Shown piece by piece: positions 28,686 to 42,086 of a DNA stretch of 64,000 nucleotides. The DNA is from Octopus vulgaris (lineage: Eukaryota): assembly GCA_951406725.2 (NCBI GenBank), contig OX597817.1, positions 35,526,001 through 35,590,000 on the forward strand. The letters run 5' to 3'. The notes below the pieces were generated by a model. The model ran no database searches. It worked only from the letters and a program-made list of their open reading frames with translations, and was not told the DNA's origin. The position numbers and the translations under genes are program-made. Position 1 is the stretch's first letter. Each line of letters begins with the position of its first letter.

Positions 28686-29339
28686 TGTATGTATGTATGT
28701 ATGTATGTATGTATGTATGTATGTATGTATGTATGTATGTATGTATGTATGTATGTATGTATGTATGTATGTATGTATGTATGTATACATGTGTATATAT
28801 GTTGCTCTATATACATAGACTGATATGATATATAAAATGGGAGAAAAATATTCAACTATTTTGTCCAGTTTAACGAAAATTTCCCAAAAATAACGCAACG
28901 GCTCCTTCACCAAATCCTATCAGTTGAGGCAAGTGGGGATGGAGTTGGTGGTTTGACCCTCTCCCTATACCCCATCATCCGATTGCAGGACTATTGGAGT
29001 GGTATGCCTCACTAAGTTCTAAAATCGGACACCGCCACGCCGATAAAATGTTATATGACAATTAAGCTCTTCCTGCAGTTTTCTAATCGTTTATCATTTT
29101 TTCTTCTGTCACCCAACCTTTATCTTAGTCACCATTGCTCGTTAACTCCACTCCTTGTTTCATAATTTATTTCGTTCCTCAATTGTCTTTAATCTCTGAT
29201 GTTATCTTTATATATTTACTGTGACATCTCTAAAGTAAATAGGCACCCTTCACACACAAAGACAGAAAAACACAGACACGTGCGCGCGCACAGGCACATT
29301 ACATTGAGAGAAAGCCTAACCCAGTGACGGACAATACAC

Positions 29340-29960
29340 GTAGAGCCTCTGAGGTGCACCGCGGCCTAGCTATCTCGGCAGCGCAGTGACTTGTACTAAC
29401 TCATCTGACCTGACAAGTTGAGAGGCGAATACAATCTATCATAAAGGGTTTTGGATCTCTCGAAAACAGTCCGTGGAGCTGCTATGACACCACTCGCAAC
29501 ACGAAGATAAAGGTGTACCGTGACGCAGTGGTCCTTGTCTCGTCTACGCCACAGAATGCACGGCCCTCTATCGCGGGCACATCTCAAGGTCCAACTTCGT
29601 CATATGCACCCAACCTTGCATATCAGATAGCAGGATCATATTCCTGTTGTAGTGGCCCTGCGTTGTGCTGGTGCAGTTAATATAGAGGTTATGTACAAGG
29701 TAGAACATGTTTGCAAGACGTAAGGGTGGAGCCGTGGTCACCTGAAGATGCGATACATGGATGTACTGAAGAAACATATGAAGAACTCAGGCCTTTCCCC
29801 AGATACTTGCGAGAAGGCCTTGCGGTGCGATGGGTGGCACCGATCGCCAAAGCCCCTAATTCCATGCACTGAGAACAGAGAGAATACGGAAGAGCTCAGA
29901 AGAGGCTTGCAACAGATGTCATCGCTGCTGCAGATCAAGAGCAGCTTACACGCGTGACTG
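29340..29960 (+). mobile_element. Decayed RTE-like LINE 3' fragment
   Basis: KMRYMDVLKKHMKNSGLSPDTCEKALRCDGW resembles the RTE C-terminal motif. Confidence 0.5.
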
Positions 29961-29992
29961 TCGGCGATAATATCGGATTAAAACAATCAACG

Positions 29993-30029
<37 letters not shown>

Positions 30030-30446
30030 ACACACACAATATGCTTTTACACAACAGTTTAACAGTAAAGATATTAGTAGTTTTCACGAGTTGAGTTTTA
30101 CAAACACAGAAAAAGACAGAGATATTACTGCAAAGTTTTCATATAGGAAAACATTTTCGTATTAAAAAAAAAACTTATCAAAGTTTAAATCATGCTTCTA
30201 AGAGGTATACACTTGCCCTCGCACGCACGCAGACAATTTGGCGTCTTCTTCTAGCATATTAGGAATCCACGTTGGTGGCTATTTCTCTTATTTATATATG
30301 TAATATAATTCATAGTTTTCGGACATTTTTATGTATGCTAGGCCACTGGTTTAAATTAATATTAATTACCATCAAAATGCAGGTCCAGATACTGCAACAG
30401 CTTGGGTTTCAGAGGACCACAATATATTTATATATATATACATATA

Positions 30447-30519
<73 letters not shown>

Positions 30520-30670
30520 GACACACACACACACATATATATATGTTATATATATTTATGTTTGTGTTTATGTATATATATATATATATATATATAAACA
30601 CAAACATATATAAATATATATATATAAATATATATAATATATAATACATATGTATGTACGTATGTATGTC

Positions 30671-30702
<32 letters not shown>

Positions 30703-30720
30703 TGTATGTATGTATGTATG

Positions 30721-30754
<34 letters not shown>

Positions 30755-31152
30755 TGTATGTATGTAGGTAGGTAGGTAGGTAGGTAGGTAGGTAGGTAGG
30801 TAGGTAGGTAGAGCAATAGATAAGTACGATCTAGTGAATAAAATGTGCGAAGTGAGAAAACTTCATGCATTTATACGGCTGGTACGGAAGACAAAAAGAG
30901 GAGAATACCCAATAAAACTTGTCTATTAGCATCGTGACACACTTCTTACGATATCGAAATTAAAAGGTATTTCAATTGACTGACGATCGCCATACATCTC
31001 ACAGTTTAATAATTAAAGGTGCTAAGAATGCAAATTAAGATCCAAAAGGTATGGAGTGGAACAGGTAAAGCACGGACTACAAACGTTTCATAGAGAAGTG
31101 AAGCTTGTAACATAAGCTGTAAGAAACACAAAACCATTTTAGTAATGTTCAT

Positions 31153-31940
31153 TACCTATTTCTTTGCTACCCACAAGGGGCTAAACACAGAGAGGACAAA
31201 CAAGGACAGACAAACAGATTAAGTCGATTACATCGACCCAAGTGCCTAACTGGTACTTATTTAATCGACCCCGAAAGGATGAAAGGCAAAGTCGACCTCG
31301 GCGGAATTTGAACTCAGAACCTAACGGCAGACGAAATACCTATTTCTTTACTACCCACAAGGGGCTAAACACAGAAGGGACAAACAAGGACAGACAAACG
31401 GATTAAGTCGATTACATCAACCCCAGTGCCTAACCGGTACTTATTTAATCGACCCCGAAAGGATGAAAGGCAAAGTCGACCTCGGCGGAATTTAAACTCA
31501 GAACCTAACGGCAGACGAAATACCTATTTCTTTACTACCCACAAGGGGCTAAACACAGAGGGGACAAACAAGGACAGACAAACGGATTAAGTCGATTATA
31601 TCGACTCCAGTGCGTAGCTGGTATTTAATTTATCGACCCCGAAAGGATGAAAGGCAAAGTCGACCTTGGCGGAATTTGAACTCAGAACGTAACGGCAGAT
31701 GAAATACGTATTTCTTTACTACCCAAAAGGGGCTAAACACAGAGAGGACAAACAAGGACAGACAAACGGATTTAGTCGTTTACATCGACCCCAGTGTGTA
31801 ACTGGTACTTAATTTATCGACCCCGAAAGGATGAAAGGCAAAGTCGACCTCGGCGGAATTTGAACTCAGAACGTAACGGCAGACGAAATACGGCTACGCA
31901 TTTCGCCCGGCGTGCTAACGATTCTGCTAGCTCGCTGCCT
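31153..31940 (-). mobile_element. SINE family B tetramer: one head plus four 184-bp bodies
   Basis: Units start at 31153, 31337, 31521 and 31705; head at 31889-31940; flanking ttcattac direct repeat at 31148 and 31947. Confidence 0.93.
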
Positions 31941-32554
31941 TCAATCTTCATTACTCGCTAATCTTCATTACCGCTTGCAGATGAACAAGTAAGATACAAA
32001 ACTGGCCACAGTAGGAATGACCAGTCGAAAAAGAAAAAGAAAAAGAAATGAAAATCAAGTAAGCAATAAAAGTATTAGTTTGTGGGAAGGTCGCGTCAAC
32101 TGAAAATAAGGTGGGATAGATAAGTAGCCATTGAGTCAAAGGAAAAATAATGCAAGGTAGAGAGGAAAAGTAGAGCAGTAGGATTAGCAATAAAATCAAC
32201 TGGTATGCAGTTCTTACGAAAGAATGCATGGTATGATTAAAATTGCACTCCAACACTGTCCTAAATATTTAATTATAAAATTCGTTGTTAAAGGAGTGCC
32301 ATAGAATAATTAGCAAAGAATATCATAACTGAGGGAAAACTTGCAAATGAGTACGTGAAATACGAGGCAATGAATGGAGGTACATCCGCAAGTTGCTAGT
32401 TGTTATTAATGTCGGCTCCTATTGGCTATTGAAGTCACATGGGGAATGTTGGTTATTGAAGATAAATCGAACTGTAAGGGAGAAGACTCAACAAACGCTT
32501 ATATTCATTAAAATGGGAGGTTACACAAGATGGGTGTAATGGTTCGCGCTCGTG

Positions 32555-32616
32555 AATTTGTATCAGTCAAATAGAAATTTACCACAATTTGTATCAGTCA
32601 AATAGAAATTTACCAC
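32555..32616. repeat. 31-bp perfect tandem duplication
   Basis: aatttgtatcagtcaaatagaaatttaccac occurs twice in tandem. Confidence 0.9.
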
Positions 32617-32872
32617 AAGAAAGGTCCACCTGTAACGAAATTTAGACAATCTCTCGGACTTTTGCTGAGAGATATTGGATGTTGTTTTAGTATGCGGGAA
32701 AATTTTAGATAATTTAAGTGTACAGTTTCTAGATAAGTTAAGAGTAATCCGCTATATCGCTTTAGTGCCTGCAACAATTAACGTTACATATATTAACTTG
32801 AGATAACTCAAGTTCATATTTGTACTGAAATTGATAGTAGTTATGAAATAAAGTTTAGTATTTGGAGAGTGG

Positions 32873-33176
32873 GTGGAGGCACATGGCCTAGTGGTTAGAG
32901 CAGCGGACTCGCGGTCGAGGGATCGCGGGTTCGAGTCTTTGACCGGGCGATGTGTGTGTTTATGAGCGAAGCACCTTAGCTCCACGCGGCTCTGACAGAA
33001 GGTAATGGCGAACTTCTGCTGTCTCTTTCGCCACAACTTTCTCTCATACTTTCCTCCTGCATCCTGCAGCTCACCTGCGACGGACTGGCGTCCCGTCCAG
33101 GTGGGGAAGCTATATGCCAAGGAAACGGGAAACCGACCCTTATGAGCCAAGCATGGCTTGAGAAAGGGACAAACAA
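32873..33176 (+). mobile_element. SINE family C, full length
   Basis: Head ggaggcacatggcctagtggttagagcagcggactcgcggtcg...gttcgag followed by the family body. Confidence 0.92.
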
Positions 33177-33207
33177 TTTGGAGCGTACAGTATTAAAGAT
33201 AGACAAA

Positions 33208-33420
33208 TGTGGTGAGCTGACAGAATCCGTTAGCACGTCGGGCAAGATGCTTAGCGGCATTTCGTCTGTCTTTGTGCTCTGAGCTCAAATACCGCCGAGG
33301 TCGACTTTATCTTTCATCCTTTCAAGGTGGCTAAAATAAATAGCAGTTGAGTACTAAATTCGATGGAATCGACAAACTCCCTACCCCGAACTTACTGGCC
33401 GTGTACCAAAATTTGAAGAT
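33208..33420 (+). mobile_element. SINE family B variant, diverged
   Basis: ggtgagctgacagaatccgttagcacg...gaggtcgactttatctttcatcctttc. Confidence 0.8.
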
Positions 33421-33444
33421 TGACTACAGGGGAGATTAAATATA

Positions 33445-33509
<65 letters not shown>

Positions 33510-33876
33510 AAAACTACTAATAGCTTATAGAAATGTTAAATTACGTAGTAAATAAAAATAAACTAAAACTATGTTCGTGTCTTAAAATATAAACATATAA
33601 CTAGTAGCACCTAATTTGTCCAGCAACTTTAGTAAATTTATGGATGGGTAAAAGATAAAATGAATAATACAAATAATTGAAAGCGTTTTGCAATGTAAGT
33701 TATAGTAAGGAAATGATGTGCTTTACGACAAAACACATTAAAAGTTAAAAAGGCAACTATGACGAGAGGAGCAATTAAGAAAAATAAGAAACGATAATAT
33801 AAATTGGCTAAAAGGCGCAGTAAATGATACTAACTAAGTGGTTAACCAATATAGGAGGTGATAAGTGCGCGCGCAC

Positions 33877-34117
33877 AAGGCGGCGAGCTGGCGGAACCGT
33901 TAGCACGCCGGGCGAAATGCGTAGCCGTATTTCGTCTGCCGTTACGTTCTGAGTTCAAATTCCGCCGAGGTCAACTTTGCCTTTCATCCTTTCGGGGTCG
34001 ATAAATTAAGTACCAGTTGAGTACTAGAGTACTAGAGTCGATGTAATCAACTTAATCCGTTTGTCTGTCCTTGTTTGTCCCCTCTATGTTTAGCCCCTTG
34101 TGGGTAATAAAGAAACA
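33877..34117 (+). mobile_element. SINE family B, full length with 16-bp TSD
   Basis: gataagtgcgcgcgca at 33860-33875 and 34118-34133. Confidence 0.93.
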
Positions 34118-34484
34118 GATAAGTGCGCGCGCAAACACTCACGTACACACACACACACACACACACACTCAGTCATACACACAATCATACACACTGGCGC
34201 ATGCACAGATATATTCGTATTCGGCTGTATGCTTTAGTGCAGCACACCAAAGTGCAGATATTTGGACTTAATGTCCAGATCAACATACCGCTCCTCTAGT
34301 CTAAAAAATTGACTATATTGATATCCAGTTTGTGGAGTGTAAGTCCTATGCAAGAATTATAAACTGTTGAACCTAGTGTAGTATCAACCCATACATACAT
34401 ATACGTACATACACACGTGCGCGCGTGTGCACACATACATACATGTGCATGCACATATGCATATAGATGCACTCACATATACGC

Positions 34485-34536
<52 letters not shown>

Positions 34537-34849
34537 CCCTTTGTTTTTTTGCCCCGGCTTTGACCTGGCTTGATACAAACAGCTAGTAGTCATTATGACA
34601 GCTGACTTTGTCATTGCCTTTATTCACCTAAAATACATACACACACACACACACGCACGCACAAACACACTTGTCATCTTGCACACACACACACACACAC
34701 ACACGCATTCCTTTTGGAACTCTCTTGCCTTATAAAACCATGTTTCGACTACCTTCAACTTCTGTTCTTTTAACATGTGATCTCTTGAGCACTACCAGCT
34801 CAAATATTTTCTCCTCTGTCTTCCCTCCTTGGGATCTTTCCTTCTCCTT

Positions 34850-34884
34850 GTTTCCGACGAAGAGCTCCGCTCGAAACGTTAAAC
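34850..34884 (+). ncRNA. Minimal type I hammerhead motif (U4C variant) in a PLE-type tail
   Basis: GTTT CCGACGA a GAGC tcc GCTC GAAAC GTT AAAC; stems I and II pair perfectly. Confidence 0.65.
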
Positions 34885-34996
34885 CCTCCTTCCCTTCTTT
34901 CCTGAGCGTCAATAATACTTTAATTGTTCCACGTCCTGCGTTGCTGTGTGTTTTTTTCTCTTTTTTCCTGTGTTTTCTTGTTTGGATTAACTTTAT

Positions 34997-35083
<87 letters not shown>

Positions 35084-35838
35084 TGTATACTACGCATACA
35101 GGAAACGAAGAGAAGGTGAGATAAAAAGGTGGTTTACCATGAAGCCATTATCTTAAGCATATTTGAATGGAAGGGTAAATAGTCCTCATAGTAAACAGAA
35201 ACCTCCTTTAAAATAACAGTATTTCGCTACGATATCTTTCAATTTTATTCCTCTCTGAGGCTGCTAAAATAGTTATAAGTTGAGGTGTAGCTGAATGCAA
35301 GAGTTTAATAGTCTACCTATTAAATATAGATAAATCCCCTCCAACTCCATCACAGTGACCACCAGATCATGTGATTTTGATCTTACTTGATGTCATCGGT
35401 GATGGACGTTCGAGCGCTAGAGATAGCATTGACTCATCACTCCGCTGTCATACTGCCTTTGTCGCTAATACACACACACGCACACACACATATATATATA
35501 TATATGTAAAAGAATTTTTTTCAGAATGAGATAAAAAACCAAGGATGTGAAGATTTTAGAACATTTATAGAATATATATATGTGTATGTGTGTGTGTTTG
35601 TGTGTGTGTGTGTATGTGTGTGTGTGTGTGTGTGTATGTGTACGTGTGTGTGCGTGTGTGTGCGCGTGTGTGTGTGTCTTCGTGTCAGTAATTCCCCCTC
35701 ATGCTCAGCTTGAAAACCGGTAACTTATCGATTCGACAAAAACGACCGATAAAATATCTACCATTTAAAAAAATATGTTGTTGGGTCGATCCGCTTGACT
35801 AAAAATTCTTCAAAGCAGTGTCCCAGCATGGTCGTAGT

Positions 35839-35908
<70 letters not shown>

Positions 35909-36864
35909 ATGCACACACACACATATACACATACATATACACACACATATATATATATATATATGAATGTATATATATATATATATATATGTATGTGTAT
36001 GTATATATATGTATGTATGTATATGTATATACAGACACACCTACATACATACATATTTGTGAGTGTGTGTGTGTGTGCGTGTGTGTGTGTGCGCGCGTGT
36101 GTCTTAATTTTCAAAATCTTTTATTAGCGAACATCGGAGGTATCTTATTTCGTTGATGGCTTTTGATTATAAACATCACTGGAGGAATGTTTTCTTTTCT
36201 CATTGCAGGGATGCTCTCAGAATTGTAGTTTTTCAACTGACTATATTATATATGTGAGACTGTTTTTTACGTACATTTAGCAAGGGATATTCAGGTATTT
36301 TCCCGCAACTTTTTAGTTTAAACTTTAATTATCATCAATAATTGTTCAGTGTATTCACTTTTCATTATCTCTTCATTATTTCTAAACCTCACTAACTCAG
36401 CGGAATATAGATCCCTGAGGAGATCTGATAAGATCGATACGTATCTATTTCTTTCACCAGTTGGCTTTAAACACAAGATCCAGTCATAATAGCATTGTTT
36501 CTATTTTCTAAAAATTCGAGCTTTGAATTATTTCCCTTGGTTAATTTTTCAAAGCCTTTTAAATGCCTGACATTCGAATGAAATATATGAAAAATATCCT
36601 TAACAAAATGTATGTTGTAAATGAAAGAGGGGGAAATTAAGTAAACGCTTTCAGCCTAGCGGTATAAAAATCCATATTCGATATTTTATAAATCTCCTGA
36701 TGTATGTGTCAGCAATGTAATTGCTGACTCATCATTTGAAAATGAAGCCACACAGTTATGATAGACTAATGACTTGAAAAGTGATTTTTTTCTGCGAAAG
36801 AAACATTTTCCAGATTCTTCTTGTTAAATGCAAAGACAGACAATGCATTCGCAAAGCATCATCA

Positions 36865-37075
36865 CCATCATTTGACGTCTATTAGACAGGAGCTGTCCAG
36901 CCAGAGAGCTGCCCAGGCTCCATTTGTGTGTTTTTGGATGGTTTCTACAGCTGGATGTCCTTCCTAACGCCAACCACTTTACAGAGTGTACTAGGTTCTT
37001 TTTACGTAGCAGCGGTACGGGTGCTTTTACGTAATGCCCAACGAGTGTTCCTTACGTGACGCTGGCGCGAGCGCT
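36865..37075 (-). mobile_element. Degenerate retroposon fragment
   Basis: ggtttctacagctggatgtccttcctaacgccaaccac is a motif typical of a SINE/LINE-tail repeat. Confidence 0.5.
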
Positions 37076-37814
37076 TTAATATTGGTATCAAGACTCAAAC
37101 TTAAAACCTTAGAATTTAAAAAGCCCACCAGCGATAAAACTAAAAATACCGTACTTGCCTCATAAGCCGTACTTCAGTTTTAACAGGCCTTTTCATGAAG
37201 CACCAATTTTCAACAATCTAATAACTGACTTTACGTTTATATGATGCAAACCGTTTTTCTGGATCATTTGGAGAAAATGTAGTTACCTCTTATAAACCGT
37301 CAAATATCGCAAATCTACACCGTATTCCGAATACACTGTTTGCCAGAGATCCCAGATTAGCGTAGTTTTAAATCATTCTCTGTAAAAGATGCTCTATCAG
37401 AAGAAAATATTCAGACTTACTGGAAGGTTATATGGGGGAAATGATGAATTCGACAACCAAACTGTCTAGATAGAAGAATTAAGATCGGGCGGTTGCAAAA
37501 GATTTTGAACTAAACGAATATGAAATTGATGGCACAGTATTAAAAGCAGTCCTAAAGGAAATGATAAACAGAAAATATCAAGGCTTAAACCTTAATATCA
37601 AGGCTTAAACCTTTTGTTACCGCGGTGTGATAACAATGTTCAAAATATGCATCAGACATAAACAAATGGATGTCAACTGCCCTTTCACTTGTCATTCCAC
37701 AGCGGAAGTGAGCTAGAACGTTAAAACTTAGTGCACATGCACAGCAGAGTTCAAGGTCAATCTTTGGCAAGCGGCTTCACTCTGCGCGCTTTAGCTTCGT
37801 TACTATGGCTTCGT

Positions 37815-37870
<56 letters not shown>

Positions 37871-38276
37871 CATACATACATACATACATACATACATTCT
37901 ATGTCTATGTCCCCGAACATGATACAGCCATAAGACATTTATTGGATGGCCGTTGACTCTCAAGAGTTCTTCCGCCCTTTGAGGGGTTTTGTTTTGCATC
38001 CCGCAGGGTGTCCAATAAACACCCTCCTCACCAAGCAAGCTTGGTGGGGTTGCCGGTTTAGTCTCCGACGATCCGACCATGCAACAGGTTGTACTGGGTT
38101 ACATGTTACCACATACATACATACATACATACATACATACATACATACATACATACATACATACATACATACAAACATACATACATACATACATACATAC
38201 ATACATACACTCACACATACATACATACACTCACACATACACACACGCGCGCACACACACATATATATCTTAGTGA

Positions 38277-38508
38277 AGGCGGCGAGCTGGCAGAAACGTT
38301 AGCGCGCCGGGCGAAACGCTTAGCGGTATTTCGTCTGTCGTTACATTCTGAGTTCAAATTACGCCGAGGTCGACTTTGCCTTTCATCCCTTTCGGGGTCG
38401 ATAAATAAAGTACCAGTTGCGTACTGGGATCGATATAATCGACTTAATCCCTTTGTCTGTCTTTGCTTGTCCTCTCTACGTTTAGCCCCTTGTGGGTAGT
38501 AAAGAAAT
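38277..38508 (+). mobile_element. SINE family B, full length, 21-bp TSD
   Basis: atatatatcttagtgaaggcg at 38261-38281 and 38507-38527. Confidence 0.93.
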
Positions 38509-38521
38509 ATATATCTTAGTG

Positions 38522-38814
38522 AAGGCGCATGGACTAGTAGTTAGAGTGTTGAACTAACGATCACTAGATAATGGTTTCAATTTCCGGACCGGGCGGTGCA
38601 TTGTGTTCTTGAGTAAAACACTTCATTTCACGTTTCCCTGCAATCATTTCACCATTTGACGTGTGACACACTTGTGCACCCGCAGGAGCAATGTCGATTT
38701 GACGGATGAACCTTATGTAAACGCAAACATCTGATCACAATAACGAATCATCTGTGTGGTTGTTCAGCAAGAAGGTGCAAAATCCTCACAAGTCGACTAA
38801 CGATGGGAGAGTGC

Positions 38815-38815
<1 letters not shown>
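38522..38815 (+). mobile_element. tRNA-headed SINE (E-related), diverged
   Basis: Head aaggcgcatggactagtagttagag; ttgtgttcttgagtaaaacacttcatttcacg; a related minus-strand piece lies at about 45330-45560. Confidence 0.7.
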
Positions 38816-38869
<54 letters not shown>

Positions 38870-38876
<7 letters not shown>

Positions 38877-39102
38877 CCTAATATTTTCAATGAACTTTTT
38901 ATTTTCCTTGTAAACTGTTTTAACATTTTTCTTATTATTATCAAAGAATGTATATATGTTTTGTAATATTTTGTGACAACCAGTATTTAACACAAAAAAG
39001 TTTTTACAAAGCTTTTACATTTGACTTTTGACAATCTTTTTCTAAAAAAGTGAAACCGGTCAAGTGAATGAACACCTTTTAAAATTGCATTTTCAAACCT
39101 TC

Positions 39103-39137
<35 letters not shown>

Positions 39138-39608
39138 TGAGAAAGTTGGTGTGTGAAAGAACGTGGTTGAATATATAGAAAATAGTAAAAAGTGAAAAAA
39201 CTACAGTAAGGTTGTTTTAAAAGGTTAAAATATATATATTTGAGTCATTATGTCTGAAGAATGCTATAATTTTTTTTCGTGCAATGACATAGTTTTTGAA
39301 GAAATGACCGGTTTCGCGTTCAGCTTTTCAAATTTCTTACATCGTTATGTTTACGTTGAGAAGTCTGAAGAAAGAGTTCCAGATAAGGGGAGGTAATAAG
39401 TGATTTCCCCCGGTGTAAGGGAGATAATCGCTTAATATTTTTTGCCTTTTTTTTTGGAGTGAGTTTCTCTGTATAAGAATGTTGGAATGGTTAAGTTTTG
39501 GCTTGTATTTTTCAAAAAAATTTATAACATTCTTCAGACATAATGACTCAAATATATATTTTTTAACCTTTTAAAACAAGCCTTCTGTAGTTTTTTCACT
39601 TTTTACTA

Positions 39609-39615
<7 letters not shown>
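38870..39615. mobile_element. Cluster of PLE tails with an inverted arrangement and decayed hammerhead motifs
   Basis: 39140-39410 is the reverse complement of the 5890-6140 tail; 39514-39615 is a direct copy of its end; GAAACCGGTC motifs at about 39052 (+) and 39306 (-). Confidence 0.75.
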
Positions 39616-39691
<76 letters not shown>

Positions 39692-40158
39692 CATACATAC
39701 ATACATACATACATACATACATACATACATACGTACGTACGTACATACATACATACATACATACATACATACATACATACATACATACATACATACATAC
39801 AAGAATTAAGGAATGGAGTAGATAAGATCCGGGCTACATATGTTTCATAGATAGCAGAACCTCGGAAGTGGTAAATATCAAAGCGAGGTGCATACCGCAG
39901 GCTAATCTTCAGACCAAGGATATCTTGATTAAATGCCGCATCCCCGGCAACCCTGGTTGCTTACTGTGAAATATTAAGAACTTTTTTCAATTTATCGTAC
40001 TTTGATAACAAAAAAATCCACAACCCTTCGTCTCAATAAACCACTATTGTCCCTGAAAGTTGCTTTTTATATTTACTACGGATTGCTTGAAGCTAACTTT
40101 CTTCCTAAACCTCGATCCTTGAATCTATATCTATCTATCTGTCTGTCTCTCTATTCAT

Positions 40159-40236
<78 letters not shown>

Positions 40237-40274
40237 GTCTGTCTGTCTGTCTGTCTATCTATTCATCTATCTAT

Positions 40275-40341
<67 letters not shown>

Positions 40342-41194
40342 CATACATACATACATACATACATACATACATACATACGTACGTACGTACGTACGTACAT
40401 ACATACATACATACATACATACATACATACATACATACATACATACATACATACATACATACATACATACATAGGTCGGCCGCGTCTTGTGCCGCTCTCC
40501 TCGAACAAGGTTGGTGGTGGTTCCTCTGGGGTGTCCCTCTGTGGTACCTTTGATATGGGCTGCTTTATCATGGTGTTGATCGACTTCTTTTTCTCTCTCG
40601 GGTTGTCAGTTTGTTACCACGTGTATCATATTATATTACCACATGTATTAAAACCACCGTGAAAATCAAACCAACGATCGAAAGTTCCCAACTTACACGG
40701 TTAAAAATTCGATCCTCTTAGAAAATAAGCGAAGCAAAAAGACCTTGGTCATAATGATTTATCGAAAATCAAAAATTTTGAAGTAAAGTTCGGTTTTGTT
40801 TACACGTAGTAGATTTGTTTATAATGTTAAACTAATCAATACCTCACGCGGCCTTATTTTCTTTATATGTAAACTGAGAGGGGTCTGTAGATTTCCAGGA
40901 AAGCACCAGTTGAGTGCATATTAATTATTTATATATATCGTCTCTTTTATTCAAAAGTGTCGTAAGTTCAAAACGTTGCCTTTTCAGAATACGAAAAAAT
41001 AGTTTTACCATTCCATAGCAAAACCGTTGTACTACACTGGCAATTTTTTGATATCTTGGCATCGGAAGCAGCTGGAGATAGTTTGACCAAAAGAACCGGC
41101 TACTGCAAGCAAAAATAAATATTGAAAACAACGCATTTGACCAAATTTGGACATACGTCAGTTTAACATAATAGCAGCATTATCTCTCTCTCTC

Positions 41195-41594
41195 TCTCTT
41201 TCTACTTGTTTCAGTCATTTGACTGCGGCCATGCTGAAGCACCGCCTTTAGTCGAGCAAATCGACCCCGGGACTTATTCTTTGTAAGCCCAGTACTTATT
41301 CTATCGATCTCTTTTGCCGAACCGCTAAGTGACAGGGACGTAAACACACCAGCATCGGTTGTCAAGCAATGCTAGGGGGACAAACACACATACACAAACA
41401 TACACGCACACATATATATATACATATATACGACGGGCTTCTTTCAGTTTCCGTCTACCAAATCCACTCACAAGGCATTGGTCGGTCCGGGGCTATAGCA
41501 GAAGACACTTGCCCAAGATGCCACGCAGTAGGACTGAACCCGGAACCATGTGGTTGGTTAGCAAGCTACTTACCACACAGCCACTCCTGCGCCT
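41195..41594 (-). mobile_element. SINE family A, full length
   Basis: Reverse-complement match to 24995-25405. Confidence 0.93.
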
Positions 41595-41869
41595 GTATAT
41601 ATACATATATTCATGTTTGCATGAATGCAAATTAAAATACACGGTTAATTTTTTTTTTTTACCTGCATTGATATATTTTATCTTCAAACTTTTATTCGTT
41701 TTATTCGTTTACCTATTTATTTATTAAGGAATTCGAACAGGATGTCATGGTGTAAAAAAACATATATCAGACAGCTGAACAGGTTGTCTTTTTTTTTTAG
41801 ATTTGAAAGCAAGATAAGCGCGTCAATATTGGCGGGCAATATTGGCGGTGAAATGCATGCACCCAAACA

Positions 41870-41903
<34 letters not shown>

Positions 41904-42086
41904 GGAGAGAGAGAGAGAGGGAGAGAGAGAGAGAAAATAGGGTAATATGCACTCACTGATCTACACACACACACATCCCAACCACATTAAGAGATTCTCA
42001 CGTACACACACACATGGATACATACAAGTGCACGCACAAATACACTCATACATTGATAAATGATGATTACATATTTACAGGAATGT

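Noticed and set aside
31153-31940. CRISPR-like array
   Set aside because: The repeats are contiguous 184-bp SINE bodies with no unique spacers; the context is eukaryotic with no cas genes
32240-32870. Possible further PLE endonuclease remnant (YSLKWEV)
   Set aside because: Only one short motif; too decayed to support
32873-32945. tRNA gene (also the heads at 24995, 33877 and 42087)
   Set aside because: The tRNA-like A/B boxes continue into multi-copy SINE bodies, and there is no proper cloverleaf or acceptor stem
36209-36253. Possible 45-bp exon (tttcttttctcattgcag...gtgaga)
   Set aside because: Splice-like signals only, with no recognisable peptide or partner exons; RNA-seq would be needed
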